Positions 16,745-25,858 of a stretch of DNA of 64,000 bases are shown here, piece by piece. Below the pieces are notes generated by a model. The model saw only the letters and a list, made by a program, of their open reading frames with translations. It did not search any database and was not told the DNA's origin. The DNA comes from Dehalococcoidia bacterium (GTDB lineage: Bacteria; Chloroflexota; Dehalococcoidia; UBA2979), in assembly GCA_963667465.2 (NCBI GenBank), contig CAXXDN010000001.1, positions 160,001 through 224,000 of the forward strand, given 5' to 3'. Numbering within the stretch: the first letter of the stretch is position 1; each line of letters begins with the position of its first letter. Made by a program: the position numbers and the translations under genes.

Positions 16745-18112
16745 ATGACTTCAGACGCGATTTCCGGTAACGGCGCACGCCGGGACAGCAACGACCAGCG
16801 GCAGCACGTCATCCAGGCGTGCTACGACCACGACGTCAAGTTCATCCGGCTCTGGTTCACCGACATCCTCGGGATCCTCAAGTCCGTCGCGATCACCATC
16901 GAGGAGCTCGAGCACGCCCTCGATGACGGCGTCACCTTCGACGGCGCATCGATCGAAGGCTTCGCGCGCGTCGACGAGGCGGACGTCGTCGCCGTGCCGG
17001 ACCCCGCGACGTTCCAGCTGCTGCCCTGGCGGCCGCGCGAGCAGGCCGTGGCGCGCATGTTCTGCGACCTCCGCTCGCCCCTCGGCGAACCGTTCGAGGG
17101 CGACTCGCGGCAGGTGCTGAAGGACGCGATCGAGCGGGCGGCGAAGCAGGGCTTCACCTTCTACGTCTCGCCCGAGATCGAGTTCTTCTACTTCCGCGGG
17201 CCGGATGGCACGGAGCCGCTGGACGCGGGCGGCTACTTCGACCTCACGCCGCTCGACTCCGGGTCGGACCTGCGACGCGAGACGGTGCTGACCCTCGAGG
17301 AGATGGGCATCGGCGTCGCGCTCAGCCACCACGAGGCCGCGCCCAGTCAGCACGAGATCGACCTGCGCTACACCGACGCGCTGACGATGGCCGACTCGAT
17401 CATGACCTACCGCCTCGTCGTGAAGGAGGTGGCGCTGCGCCACGGCGCCTACGCGACCTTCATGCCGAAGCCGAACTCCGATCAGAACGGCTCCGGGATG
17501 CACCTCCAGCTCTCGCTCTTCCGAGGCGAGCAGAACGCCTTCGCGGACGAGTCTGCGCCGCACGAGCTGTCAGCGACGGCGCGCTCGTTCATGGCCGGGC
17601 TGCTGCAGCACACGCCGCAGCTGATGCTGCTCACCAACCAGTGGGCGAACTCCTACCGGCGCATCGTGCCGGGCTTCGAGGCGCCGACGCACGCGACCTG
17701 GTCCAGCACGAACCACGCCGACCTGCTGCGCGTGCCGCAGCACAAGCCGGGAGAGGCCGCAGCAGCGCGCATCGAGTACCGCGTGCCGGACGCCGCCTGC
17801 AATCCCTATCTCGCCTTCGCCGCAATCCTCGAGGCGGGCCTCGGTGGCGTCGCCGGCGGACTGCCGCTACCAGCCGAGCTGGACCGCCCCATCGGCGAGT
17901 TGCCCGAGGATGAGATCGCGCGGCGGGGCATCGAGGCGCTGCCGGCCTCGCTCGGCGACGCGATCGCGGCGTTCGCCGGCTCGGAGCTGATGGCGGGCGT
18001 GCTTGGCGGCCACATCCGCGAATCGCTGGTGGCGAACAAGCGCCACGAGTGGTCCGAGTTCCGCGCCCAGGTCTCGGAGTTCGAGCTGCGCCGCTACCTG
18101 TCCGTACTGTAA
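16745..18112 (+). CDS. Second glutamine synthetase-family protein (GlnA2/GSI-alpha-like)
   Basis: FIRLWFTDILG, FDGASIEGF, HHEAAPSQHEID, FMPKP, NGSGMH and GFEAP motifs. Confidence 0.9.
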   Translation: MTSDAISGNGARRDSNDQRQHVIQACYDHDVKFIRLWFTDILGILKSVAITIEELEHALDDGVTFDGASIEGFARVDEADVVAVPDPATFQLLPWRPREQAVARMFCDLRSPLGEPFEGDSRQVLKDAIERAAKQGFTFYVSPEIEFFYFRGPDGTEPLDAGGYFDLTPLDSGSDLRRETVLTLEEMGIGVALSHHEAAPSQHEIDLRYTDALTMADSIMTYRLVVKEVALRHGAYATFMPKPNSDQNGSGMHLQLSLFRGEQNAFADESAPHELSATARSFMAGLLQHTPQLMLLTNQWANSYRRIVPGFEAPTHATWSSTNHADLLRVPQHKPGEAAAARIEYRVPDAACNPYLAFAAILEAGLGGVAGGLPLPAELDRPIGELPEDEIARRGIEALPASLGDAIAAFAGSELMAGVLGGHIRESLVANKRHEWSEFRAQVSEFELRRYLSVL

Positions 18113-18275
18113 GCGGAAACCCAGAGTGGAATCGTGCGATCTCGCTGCGGATGCCTTGGTGACAATGTCATGCAAAGGTTGAGAGCATCCGGTTAGCGGT
18201 TTAGCATATGGGTAGTGGCTAGCGGGTTTCCGCTATCGGCGCCGTTTCCCCTTGGGACTCGGCGCTTTCAGTTTT
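18112..18275 (-). ncRNA. Candidate DUF3800-associated structured RNA
   Basis: Three hairpins (plus-strand coordinates): GCGCCG/CGGCGC 18239-18265 with inner TCCC/GGGA; TAGCGG-GTTT-CCGCTA 18220-18235; CGGATGC/GCATCCG 18148-18191 with inner stems. DUF3800 genes are known to carry associated RNA motifs. Confidence 0.45.
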
Positions 18276-19341
18276 CTTGGCCCGAACCTGTGCGCGATGT
18301 GCTTCGATCAGGTCACGGATGTCGCTGTCCGGGAAAACCTTGATCCCAAACTTCCCCATCATCGAGTCACCGCGCGAGTAGATCTTAGACTGCCACACGC
18401 GCCACCGGCGCGGAATCACCGCGCCACAGCCACCCCTCGCCCACTCGAACACATCGCGCGAGAACATGTCGGCAAGCTCCATAGGATCGCTGCCTTGCTT
18501 TCGCGTAAACTCGCAGCCTGTCATGAGCCAATTCCGGAACGCAGCGTCTTGCACCCACTGCGTCCCATCGAGCAGCAGATCCAGATAGTCGCGATGGTGC
18601 TCCGCGTCTTCTCGGGGACCGACACTCTCGAAGGTCACACGGCCCAGCGCGTCATCGCCGCGTGTCGCTAGATAGTCAACGTACCGTTCCAGGAGCATGT
18701 GAATCGCGACGGAATATGGATCAGGCCGGCAGATACGGATCATCGTCGAGCGCGACAAACTCCGCAAACTCGTCCTTGCGGATCGCGACCGCGAACAACG
18801 CTAACTCGGTTCCTGCCACGAGCTCATCGAGAGCACTACAGAATGCTTGTTGGCGATCCGCGTCTCCCCCGAGGGAGAACCAATCGCGGTGGGTTCTGAT
18901 GTCCGGCTCGTGGAACGTAATGTCGTCTCGCCCGAAGAATCTAAGCTTCAAGGCGTCGGCCCTCGACTTGTACGAAGCCACCTCACTCTCGGCCATCGCG
19001 ACCCCGCCGAGCGCAAAGAACAAACCCGGGGATCGAGGATCGGGCCGCCCCGACTCGTCCAGAAACAGGTTGTCGGGGATTCGCTCCTCGTGCAGCGGCT
19101 GACCGCTCTGATACTTGAAGCGCTTACGAGACTCAAGCGGCCCCAAGCTGCGCATCAGCTCCTCGGCCTCCTTGCGGCCAATCGCTCGGAGCAGACCATC
19201 GAGATCAGACGCGTCGTAGTCCGCCCGCCGGAGAAGTGCGGCGAGCGCCCGCCCCACCCGTCCAGCTTCCGCCAGTAGCAAGTTTCGGCGCCGCGCGGTG
19301 CGACGGCCTTCGGGATCGCCTTGTCCACGTTGCACAGTCAC
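18219..19341 (-). pseudogene. DUF3800 (RNase H-like) protein split by a +1 frameshift
   Basis: LFLDESG...FFALGG...FHEPDIR in ORF 18721-19341 continues as DPYSVAIHMLLERY...FESVG...MELADMF...GIKVFP in another frame; one extra base near 18721-18727 (CCG GCC TGA T). Atypical codon usage. Confidence 0.75.
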
Positions 19342-19383
19342 AAGGGAACAGTATAACGGCCTAAGCGGAAGGTCGGTTTGCCA

Positions 19384-20829
19384 CTACCCGAACAGCACCG
19401 CCGAGGCGTCGTCCGCCGCCTCGAGGACCGGGGCGGCCCAGAGGCCGATGACGAAGATGCCGATGAACAGCACGCCGGTCACACCGTAGGCGAGGAGTGA
19501 GGGCCGCCAGCGACCCTCCGCGCCCTCTGCCGGCGCAACGACGTACATCTGCCGGATCACCTTCAGGTAGTAGTAGAGCGAGACGGTGCTCATGATCACC
19601 GCGACGCCCGAGAGCCAGAGGAAGCCCTCCTCGGCAGCCGCCTGGAAGATAAAGAACTTCGTCACGAAGCCCGCCAGCAGCGGCATCCCGCTTAGCGAGA
19701 ACAGCCCCGTGGTGATCACCAGCGCGAGGTACGGCTGCGTCTCCGCCAGGCCGCGGAAGTCCTCGATGCGCTCGCTGCCGATTCGGTTGTAGACCGCGAT
19801 CACCGCGATGAAGACCGCGAGGTTGGTGACCAGGTAGCCCGCCAGGTGCAGCAGCAGCGCCGAGCCCGAGGCGTCCGAGACGGTCGTGACCGCCATCAGC
19901 ATGAAGCCGACCTGGCCGATCGAGGAGTAGGCGAGCAGGCGCTTGATGTTGGTCTGCACCAGCGCGATCAGGTTCCCCGTCACCATCGTCGCCACGGACA
20001 ACGTGGCGAGCATCCACTGCCAGTCGTCCTGCACCGGCAGCAGTCCGGTGCCGAACAGCCGCAGCAGCAGCGCGAACGTCGCCGCCTTCGAGGTGGCCGC
20101 GATGTAGGCTGTCACAGGCAGCGGCGCGCCCTCGTAGGCGTCGGGTGTCCACATGTGGAACGGGACCGCCGAGGCCTTGAAGCCGAGCCCGCCGACCAGG
20201 AAGGCGAGGCCCATCAGCAGCACCGGCGAGCCCTGCACCGAAGAGTCGCCGAGCGCCGCCGCGATGCCCTCGTAGCTGGTGGTGCCGGCGGCGCCGTAGA
20301 TCAAGCTGAGGCCGTAGAGCAGCATCGCCGAGGCGACGCCGCCGAGCAGCACGTACTTCAGCCCTGCCTCGCCGGAGCGGCGGTCGTCCTTGGCCAGCGA
20401 GACGGCGACGTAGAGCGAGAAGGAGAGCAGTTCAATCGAGATGTAGGCGGTGAGCAACTCGCGCGCGCCCGCCATGTAGATCGCGCCGATCGTGGACACC
20501 AGCAGCAGCGCGTAGAACTCGCCCTGGTGGCGGATGTTGCGCTGGATGAACTCGTGCGAGCCGAGGATCACGACCAGCACCGTCACCGTGAACAGCACGC
20601 GGAAGAACAGCGTGTAGTCGTCCACGCCGATCAGCCCCGCGAAGTCCGTGCTGCGGTCCGCGTAGAAGAGGCTCGCGATCCCCGCCGCGAGCGCGCCGAG
20701 GGCGGCCAGCGCCGGAATCAGGCGCCTCGAGACTCCCAGCTCGCGCCGGAAGGCGTCGACCAGCAGCACCACGCCCGCGGCGCCGGCGAGGATGAACTCC
20801 GGAATCAGCAGCGCGTACTCGAAGTTCAC
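19384..20829 (-). CDS. nuoN: NADH-quinone oxidoreductase subunit N
   Basis: EAGLKY, FKASAVPFHMWTPDAYEGAP and KRLLAYSSIG motifs; last gene of the nuo operon. Confidence 0.95.
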   Translation of the reverse strand: MNFEYALLIPEFILAGAAGVVLLVDAFRRELGVSRRLIPALAALGALAAGIASLFYADRSTDFAGLIGVDDYTLFFRVLFTVTVLVVILGSHEFIQRNIRHQGEFYALLLVSTIGAIYMAGARELLTAYISIELLSFSLYVAVSLAKDDRRSGEAGLKYVLLGGVASAMLLYGLSLIYGAAGTTSYEGIAAALGDSSVQGSPVLLMGLAFLVGGLGFKASAVPFHMWTPDAYEGAPLPVTAYIAATSKAATFALLLRLFGTGLLPVQDDWQWMLATLSVATMVTGNLIALVQTNIKRLLAYSSIGQVGFMLMAVTTVSDASGSALLLHLAGYLVTNLAVFIAVIAVYNRIGSERIEDFRGLAETQPYLALVITTGLFSLSGMPLLAGFVTKFFIFQAAAEEGFLWLSGVAVIMSTVSLYYYLKVIRQMYVVAPAEGAEGRWRPSLLAYGVTGVLFIGIFVIGLWAAPVLEAADDASAVLFG

Positions 20830-22316
20830 AGCAGCACCTCAGGGATACCGGCCTCGAGGCCGGCGGCGACACGATCGATCCATGGCGACGGCCAGAGCCC
20901 GAGCGCGAAGATCGAGATCGCGAGCACCGTCGCGCCGGCGCGCTCGGTCCAGCTGATCTCGCCGACGCCACTCCAGCGCGGACTCGGCTCGCCGAAGAAG
21001 GTCTGGGCGAACATGCGCAGCAGGTACGTTGCCGTAATCGCAGCCGTGAGCACCGCCAGCGCGCCGACCAGCGGGTAGGCGCGGAAGGCGCCGATGAAGA
21101 TGTGCAACTCGGCGATGAACCCGGACAGCCCGGGCAGGCCGAAGGAGGCGAGGCCCGCGATCACGAAGAAGACCGCCCAGATCGGCATCCGCCGCGCCAT
21201 GCCCGAGTAGTGGTTGAACTCGCGGTCGTGCGACTGGTCATAGAGCGCGCCGATCAGGAGGAAGAACAGCGCGGTCATCACGCCGTGCGCGAACATCTGC
21301 AGCACCGCGCCGCTCATCCCGATCAGGTTGAGCGTGCCCAGCCCGACGAAGACGTAGCCCATGTGCGAGACCGAGGAGAAGCCGGTCATCAGCTTGAAGT
21401 CGGTCTGGCGCAGCGCGCCGATCGCCCCGTAGAGCGCACCGATGATGCCGAGCGTCAGCAGGGCCGGGGCCCAGAACTCGGCGCCCTCGGGCAGCATCTG
21501 GAAGCCGAGGCGGATGATCCCGAACGCGCCGAGCTTCATCAGCACGCCCGCGTGCAGCATCGAGACGGCCGTCGGCGCGGCGGCGTGGCCGTCCGGCGAC
21601 CAGGGGTGGAAGGGGAAGATGCCGGCCAGCGTGCCGCAACCGATCGCGACCAGCGGGAACATCACCAGCTGGAAGTTGCGTCCGTACTCCGCGTCGAACA
21701 GCGCGGGCATGTCGAAGGTCCCGAGGCCGGCCTCCGTGAAGATCCCGAAGATCGCGATGAAGATCAGGATCGAGGCCGCGACGAGCATCATCATCAGCTT
21801 CATCGCGCCGTACTCGCGCCGCCCGGAGCCCCAGACCGCGATCAGCAGGTACATCGGCAGCACCGCGGTCTCGTAGAGCAGGAACCAGAAGAACAGGTCG
21901 AGCGCGACGAACGTGCCGTAGACACCGGCCACGAGGACGAACAGCAGGACGAAGAAGTCCTTCAGCCTCTCCTGGATCTTCCACGACACCCAGGTGCCGC
22001 TGAGGATCACGATCCCCGTCAGCAGGACCATCGGCGCCGCGATGCCGTCGAGCCCGACCTTGAGCTGGATCCCGTTCTTGCCGAGGAAGCCGGCGTTCTG
22101 GAGCCAGGGCCAGTCGACCACGCCCTGGAACTGGTCGCCGCGGTAGTCGAAGGCGAAGAAGACGTACACGGAGATGATGAACATCGCGAGGCTCGCGAGG
22201 CCGGTGATGGCCTTGATCGCGTTGCGCTCACCGGACGGCGTCAGCATCAGCAGGATTGCGCTGCCCAGCGGGATCAGCGGCAATGCCAGCAGCAGGTAGC
22301 CCTCGCTCGTGGTCAT
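20826..22316 (-). CDS. nuoM: NADH-quinone oxidoreductase subunit M
   Basis: FPFHPWSPDGHAAAPT, LMKLGAFG, FSSVSHMG and GLPGLSGFIAE motifs. Confidence 0.95.
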   Translation of the reverse strand: MTTSEGYLLLALPLIPLGSAILLMLTPSGERNAIKAITGLASLAMFIISVYVFFAFDYRGDQFQGVVDWPWLQNAGFLGKNGIQLKVGLDGIAAPMVLLTGIVILSGTWVSWKIQERLKDFFVLLFVLVAGVYGTFVALDLFFWFLLYETAVLPMYLLIAVWGSGRREYGAMKLMMMLVAASILIFIAIFGIFTEAGLGTFDMPALFDAEYGRNFQLVMFPLVAIGCGTLAGIFPFHPWSPDGHAAAPTAVSMLHAGVLMKLGAFGIIRLGFQMLPEGAEFWAPALLTLGIIGALYGAIGALRQTDFKLMTGFSSVSHMGYVFVGLGTLNLIGMSGAVLQMFAHGVMTALFFLLIGALYDQSHDREFNHYSGMARRMPIWAVFFVIAGLASFGLPGLSGFIAELHIFIGAFRAYPLVGALAVLTAAITATYLLRMFAQTFFGEPSPRWSGVGEISWTERAGATVLAISIFALGLWPSPWIDRVAAGLEAGIPEVLL

Positions 22317-22328
22317 ACCCGGCCCGCC

Positions 22329-24239
22329 CTACGTCCGCCCGAGCGCGACGATGGCCAGCACGGCCACGCCGAGCGCCATCGCCAGCGCGTAGCTCGGAAT
22401 GCGCCCGGTCTGCAGGAACTTCAGCCGGAACCCGGTGAAGCCGATGCCCTGCGCCGTGCCGTCCACGCCCGAATCGTTGATTACCAGCCGGTCGAAGCGC
22501 GCGACCACCGTCGCGAGGCCGAGGATCACCTTGTCGATCGTCACCTGGTAGAGGTGGTCCACGTAGTAGCGCTGCACCAACAGGTCGTGCAGCTCGGGCG
22601 CCCAGGAGCGGGCGCGCTCCGCCCGCTCGGCGCGGCCCCACCAGTAGACGAAGCCGATCACGATGCCGACGAGGCCCAGCGCCGTCGCGCCGATCGCGAC
22701 GTCCGGGTGGAGCTCGAAGACATGGCCCTTGTCCCCCTGCGTGAAGACGACGTTGCCGATCCCGCCGGCGAAGCCCAGCACCTTGCCGACGCCCTCGAAG
22801 GCGACGAACCCGGCGACGAGCGACAGCCCCGTGAGGATCAGCATCGGCAGCAGCATCGGCGGCGGGGACTCGTGCGCGTGATCGTAGGCGTGGCGGTCCT
22901 TCGGCTCACCAAAGAACGTGAGCAGCACCAGCCGCGTCGTGTAGATCGCGGTCAGCAAGGAGGTGGCCGCGAGGATCACGAACAGCGGCATCGGCGCGCC
23001 GCCCTGCAGCGCGACGAGGATCTCGTCCTTCGACCAGAACCCGGCCAGCGGCACGATGCCCGCGAGGGCAACGGACCCGACGATGAAGAACAGCGTCGTC
23101 GCCGGCAGCTTGCGCCACAGGCCGCCGAGCTCCTCGACCAGCTGTACACCGGTGCCGTGGATCACGGACCCGGAGCCGAGGAAGAGCAGCGACTTGAAGA
23201 AGGCGTGCGTGAAGAGGTGGAACATCGCCGCCGTCACCGACCCGACGCCGAGCGCGACGAACATGAAGCCGAGCTGTGAGATGGTCGAGTAGGCGAGCAC
23301 GCGCTTGATGTCGCTGCTCACGAGGCCCATCGTCGCGCCCATCGCCGCCGTCGTGAGGCCGACGTAGAGCACGACGTCCCGCGCAATCAGCACCTCGTCG
23401 AAGACCGGCATCATCCTCGCCACGAGGTAGACGCCGGCGACCACCATCGTCGCCGCGTGGATCAGCGCGCTGACGGGGGTGGGGCCCTCCATCGCGTCGG
23501 GGAGCCAGACGTGCAGCGGGAACTGCGCGGACTTGCCGGCGGCGCCGGCGAAGAGGAAGAGCATCGAGACCGTGAGGTAGAAGTTGTCGAAGCCACCGCC
23601 GCGGGCGACCTCGATGATCTCCTGGATGTCGAAGCTGCCGGCGCCCCGCCAGAGCAGGATGATGCCGATCAGCAGCCCCACGTCGCCGATGCGCGTGGTG
23701 ATGAAGGCCTTCTTCGCCGCCTCGGCCGCCGACTGGCGCTCCCAGTAGAAGCCGATCAACAGGTACGAGGCGAGGCCGACTGCCTCCCAGGAGAGGTAGA
23801 GCAGCAGCAGGTTGCCCGAGGTGACCAGCATCAGCATCGCGGCCGCGAAGCCGGAGAGGACCGCGAAGTACCAGCCGTAGCGTGGCTCGCCGTCCATGTA
23901 GCCGACGGAGTAGAGCATCACCATCAGCGTCACGATCGAGACGACGGCGAGCATCAGCACCGTGATGCCGTCGACGTAGGTGCTGAACTCAATCAGCAGC
24001 GAGTCGCCGATCTTCGCCCACTCGAAGGCGTAGACGTGCTCCGCGCCGGGCGCGAACTTGCCGTCCACGAAGCTCGACTGGAAGTCCAGCGTGACGAACA
24101 ACGCCAGGACGACGACCGCCAGCATCCCGAGGATGGCGAGCCCGTCGCCGCCACGCGGCATGGCGCGGTTGAAGAGCGCCAGCAGCGCAAAGAGCGCGGC
24201 GGGAATCGCCGGCAGCAGCCAGACCTGCTCCATGCCCAC
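22329..24239 (-). CDS. nuoL: NADH-quinone oxidoreductase subunit L
   Basis: GKSAQFPLHVWLPDAMEGPTPVSALIHAATMV, HAFFK and GFWSKDEI motifs. Confidence 0.96.
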   Translation of the reverse strand: MGMEQVWLLPAIPAALFALLALFNRAMPRGGDGLAILGMLAVVVLALFVTLDFQSSFVDGKFAPGAEHVYAFEWAKIGDSLLIEFSTYVDGITVLMLAVVSIVTLMVMLYSVGYMDGEPRYGWYFAVLSGFAAAMLMLVTSGNLLLLYLSWEAVGLASYLLIGFYWERQSAAEAAKKAFITTRIGDVGLLIGIILLWRGAGSFDIQEIIEVARGGGFDNFYLTVSMLFLFAGAAGKSAQFPLHVWLPDAMEGPTPVSALIHAATMVVAGVYLVARMMPVFDEVLIARDVVLYVGLTTAAMGATMGLVSSDIKRVLAYSTISQLGFMFVALGVGSVTAAMFHLFTHAFFKSLLFLGSGSVIHGTGVQLVEELGGLWRKLPATTLFFIVGSVALAGIVPLAGFWSKDEILVALQGGAPMPLFVILAATSLLTAIYTTRLVLLTFFGEPKDRHAYDHAHESPPPMLLPMLILTGLSLVAGFVAFEGVGKVLGFAGGIGNVVFTQGDKGHVFELHPDVAIGATALGLVGIVIGFVYWWGRAERAERARSWAPELHDLLVQRYYVDHLYQVTIDKVILGLATVVARFDRLVINDSGVDGTAQGIGFTGFRLKFLQTGRIPSYALAMALGVAVLAIVALGRT

Positions 24240-24263
24240 GGCGCTACGCCTCCACTCTCGCGG

Positions 24264-24578
24264 CTACCACTTCAGCTCGCTCGCATCGTCGACGTAGGCG
24301 GTGCGGCGCTCGCGGAAGATGCGCAGCACGATGCCGAGCGCCAGGCCGACCTCGGCGGCGGCCACAGTGATGATGAAGATCGCGAAGATCACGCCGGTGA
24401 AAGCCTCGTGGTCGAAGTAGGCGGCGAACGCCACCATGTTGATCGTCGTCGCGGCCAGCATCAGCTCGACGGAGACGAGGATCAGGATCGCGCTGCGGCG
24501 GGCGAGCACGCCGTAGAAGCCGATGCCGAACAGCACGGCGGAGAGCACGAGGAAGTTCTCGATCGGGATGTCGCTCAC
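24264..24578 (-). CDS. nuoK: NADH-quinone oxidoreductase subunit K
   Basis: SVELML and VAAAEVGLAL motifs; 104 aa. Confidence 0.95.
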   Translation of the reverse strand: MSDIPIENFLVLSAVLFGIGFYGVLARRSAILILVSVELMLAATTINMVAFAAYFDHEAFTGVIFAIFIITVAAAEVGLALGIVLRIFRERRTAYVDDASELKW

Positions 24579-25243
24579 GAGGACTCGCCCTCCTCGACCG
24601 CGTCGTCATCCTCGTCACGGTCGCGCCGCGCCACGGCGACGGCGCCGATCAGCGCCACGATCAGCACCAGCGAGGCGATCTCGAAGGGCGCGCCGAAGTC
24701 ACGGAAGAGCCGCTCGCCGAGCGTGCTGAAGGGCGCGACGACGGGCTCGGTGTTCTCCCACCGCTGGTCAACGAGCGCCACAGCGATGACGGCGGCGAGC
24801 AGGATGCCAACGAGGAAGGCAAACGGCTTCTGTGCGCCGTCGGACACCTTCGGGTCTTCGCTGGCGTTGGTGAGCATCAGACCGAAGAGCAGCAACACGG
24901 TCACGCCGCCGCCGTAGATCAGCACCTGGACCAGCGCCAGGAACTCGGAGCCCAGCAGCAGGAAGATCCCCGCCACGCCGAGCAGCGCCACCACGAGCGA
25001 AAGCGTGGCGTGCACGATGTTGGGCAGCAGCACGGCGCCAAGCGCCCCGAGGATGATCACCGCGGCGGCGAGCCAGAAGACCAGCTCCGCCGCCGTGATC
25101 TCGTCGAAGATCAGCAGCGCGAGCAGGACGACCACGACCGGCGTGATCAGCGCGCCGGCGACGAGGCCCGCGAAGATGACGATCCGATCGAGTTGCTGGG
25201 GGAAGGGGATGCGTTCTAGCAGTTCAAGCACCGCGCGCCCCAC
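24575..25243 (-). CDS. nuoJ: NADH-quinone oxidoreductase subunit J
   Basis: EFLALVQVLIYGGG and PFEIASLVL motifs; position between nuoI and nuoK. Confidence 0.92.
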   Translation of the reverse strand: MGRAVLELLERIPFPQQLDRIVIFAGLVAGALITPVVVVLLALLIFDEITAAELVFWLAAAVIILGALGAVLLPNIVHATLSLVVALLGVAGIFLLLGSEFLALVQVLIYGGGVTVLLLFGLMLTNASEDPKVSDGAQKPFAFLVGILLAAVIAVALVDQRWENTEPVVAPFSTLGERLFRDFGAPFEIASLVLIVALIGAVAVARRDRDEDDDAVEEGESS

Positions 25244-25300
25244 CGTATCGCCGCGGTCTCCTGCCCTCGGGGCGCTCGCCCCCCGGGACCGGGACCGGCC

Positions 25301-25774
25301 CTAGATATCGGCGACCCACTCGTCAAGTTCACCCGCGCGATGCTGGGCGAGCAGCTGCGGCAGGTCCATCACCAGGTCCGACCGGTCGTATACGGACAAC
25401 TCGTGGCCGGTCCAGGTGTTGTTCATGGCGATTGCCTCGAAGTTGCACACCTCGACGCAGATGTTGCAGCGCATGCAGCGCGCGTAGTCGATCCAGAACT
25501 TGTCGATAATCTTGCGGCGCCGCGAGGTTCCGCCCTGGTTCTCGTGGTTGGGGTTGTCCTTCATCAGGACGGTCATGCACTCGACCGGGCAGGCGCGCTC
25601 GCAGGCGTGGCAGCCGGTGCAGTAGGGCTCGTCGACGTGGTCGTCCCAGAGCAGGATCGGGAACGCGCGATCGCGCTCCGGCAGGTCGTGGTGCCCTTCC
25701 GGGTACTGCCGCGTGACCGGACGCCTCGCGAACGTCGAGAGCGTCGTCACCATGCTCTTCAGGAGGCCCTTCAT
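25301..25774 (-). CDS. nuoI: NADH-quinone oxidoreductase subunit I
   Basis: VTRQYPE and two 4Fe-4S motifs CTGCHACERACP / CMRCNICVEVC. Confidence 0.93.
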   Translation of the reverse strand: MKGLLKSMVTTLSTFARRPVTRQYPEGHHDLPERDRAFPILLWDDHVDEPYCTGCHACERACPVECMTVLMKDNPNHENQGGTSRRRKIIDKFWIDYARCMRCNICVEVCNFEAIAMNNTWTGHELSVYDRSDLVMDLPQLLAQHRAGELDEWVADI

Positions 25775-25858
25775 GGCCGGGAGCCTTTCACGCCCGCACC
25801 TTATGCGGTAGTACCCGCAGGCGCGAGTCTGCCCCGCCGCCCGTCCGGGTCGCGAGGC

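Noticed and set aside
18140-18200. Integron attC site (CGCTAAC/GTTAGCG core with hairpin)
   Set aside because: No matching second core site at a proper distance, and no integrase or cassette array in the window.
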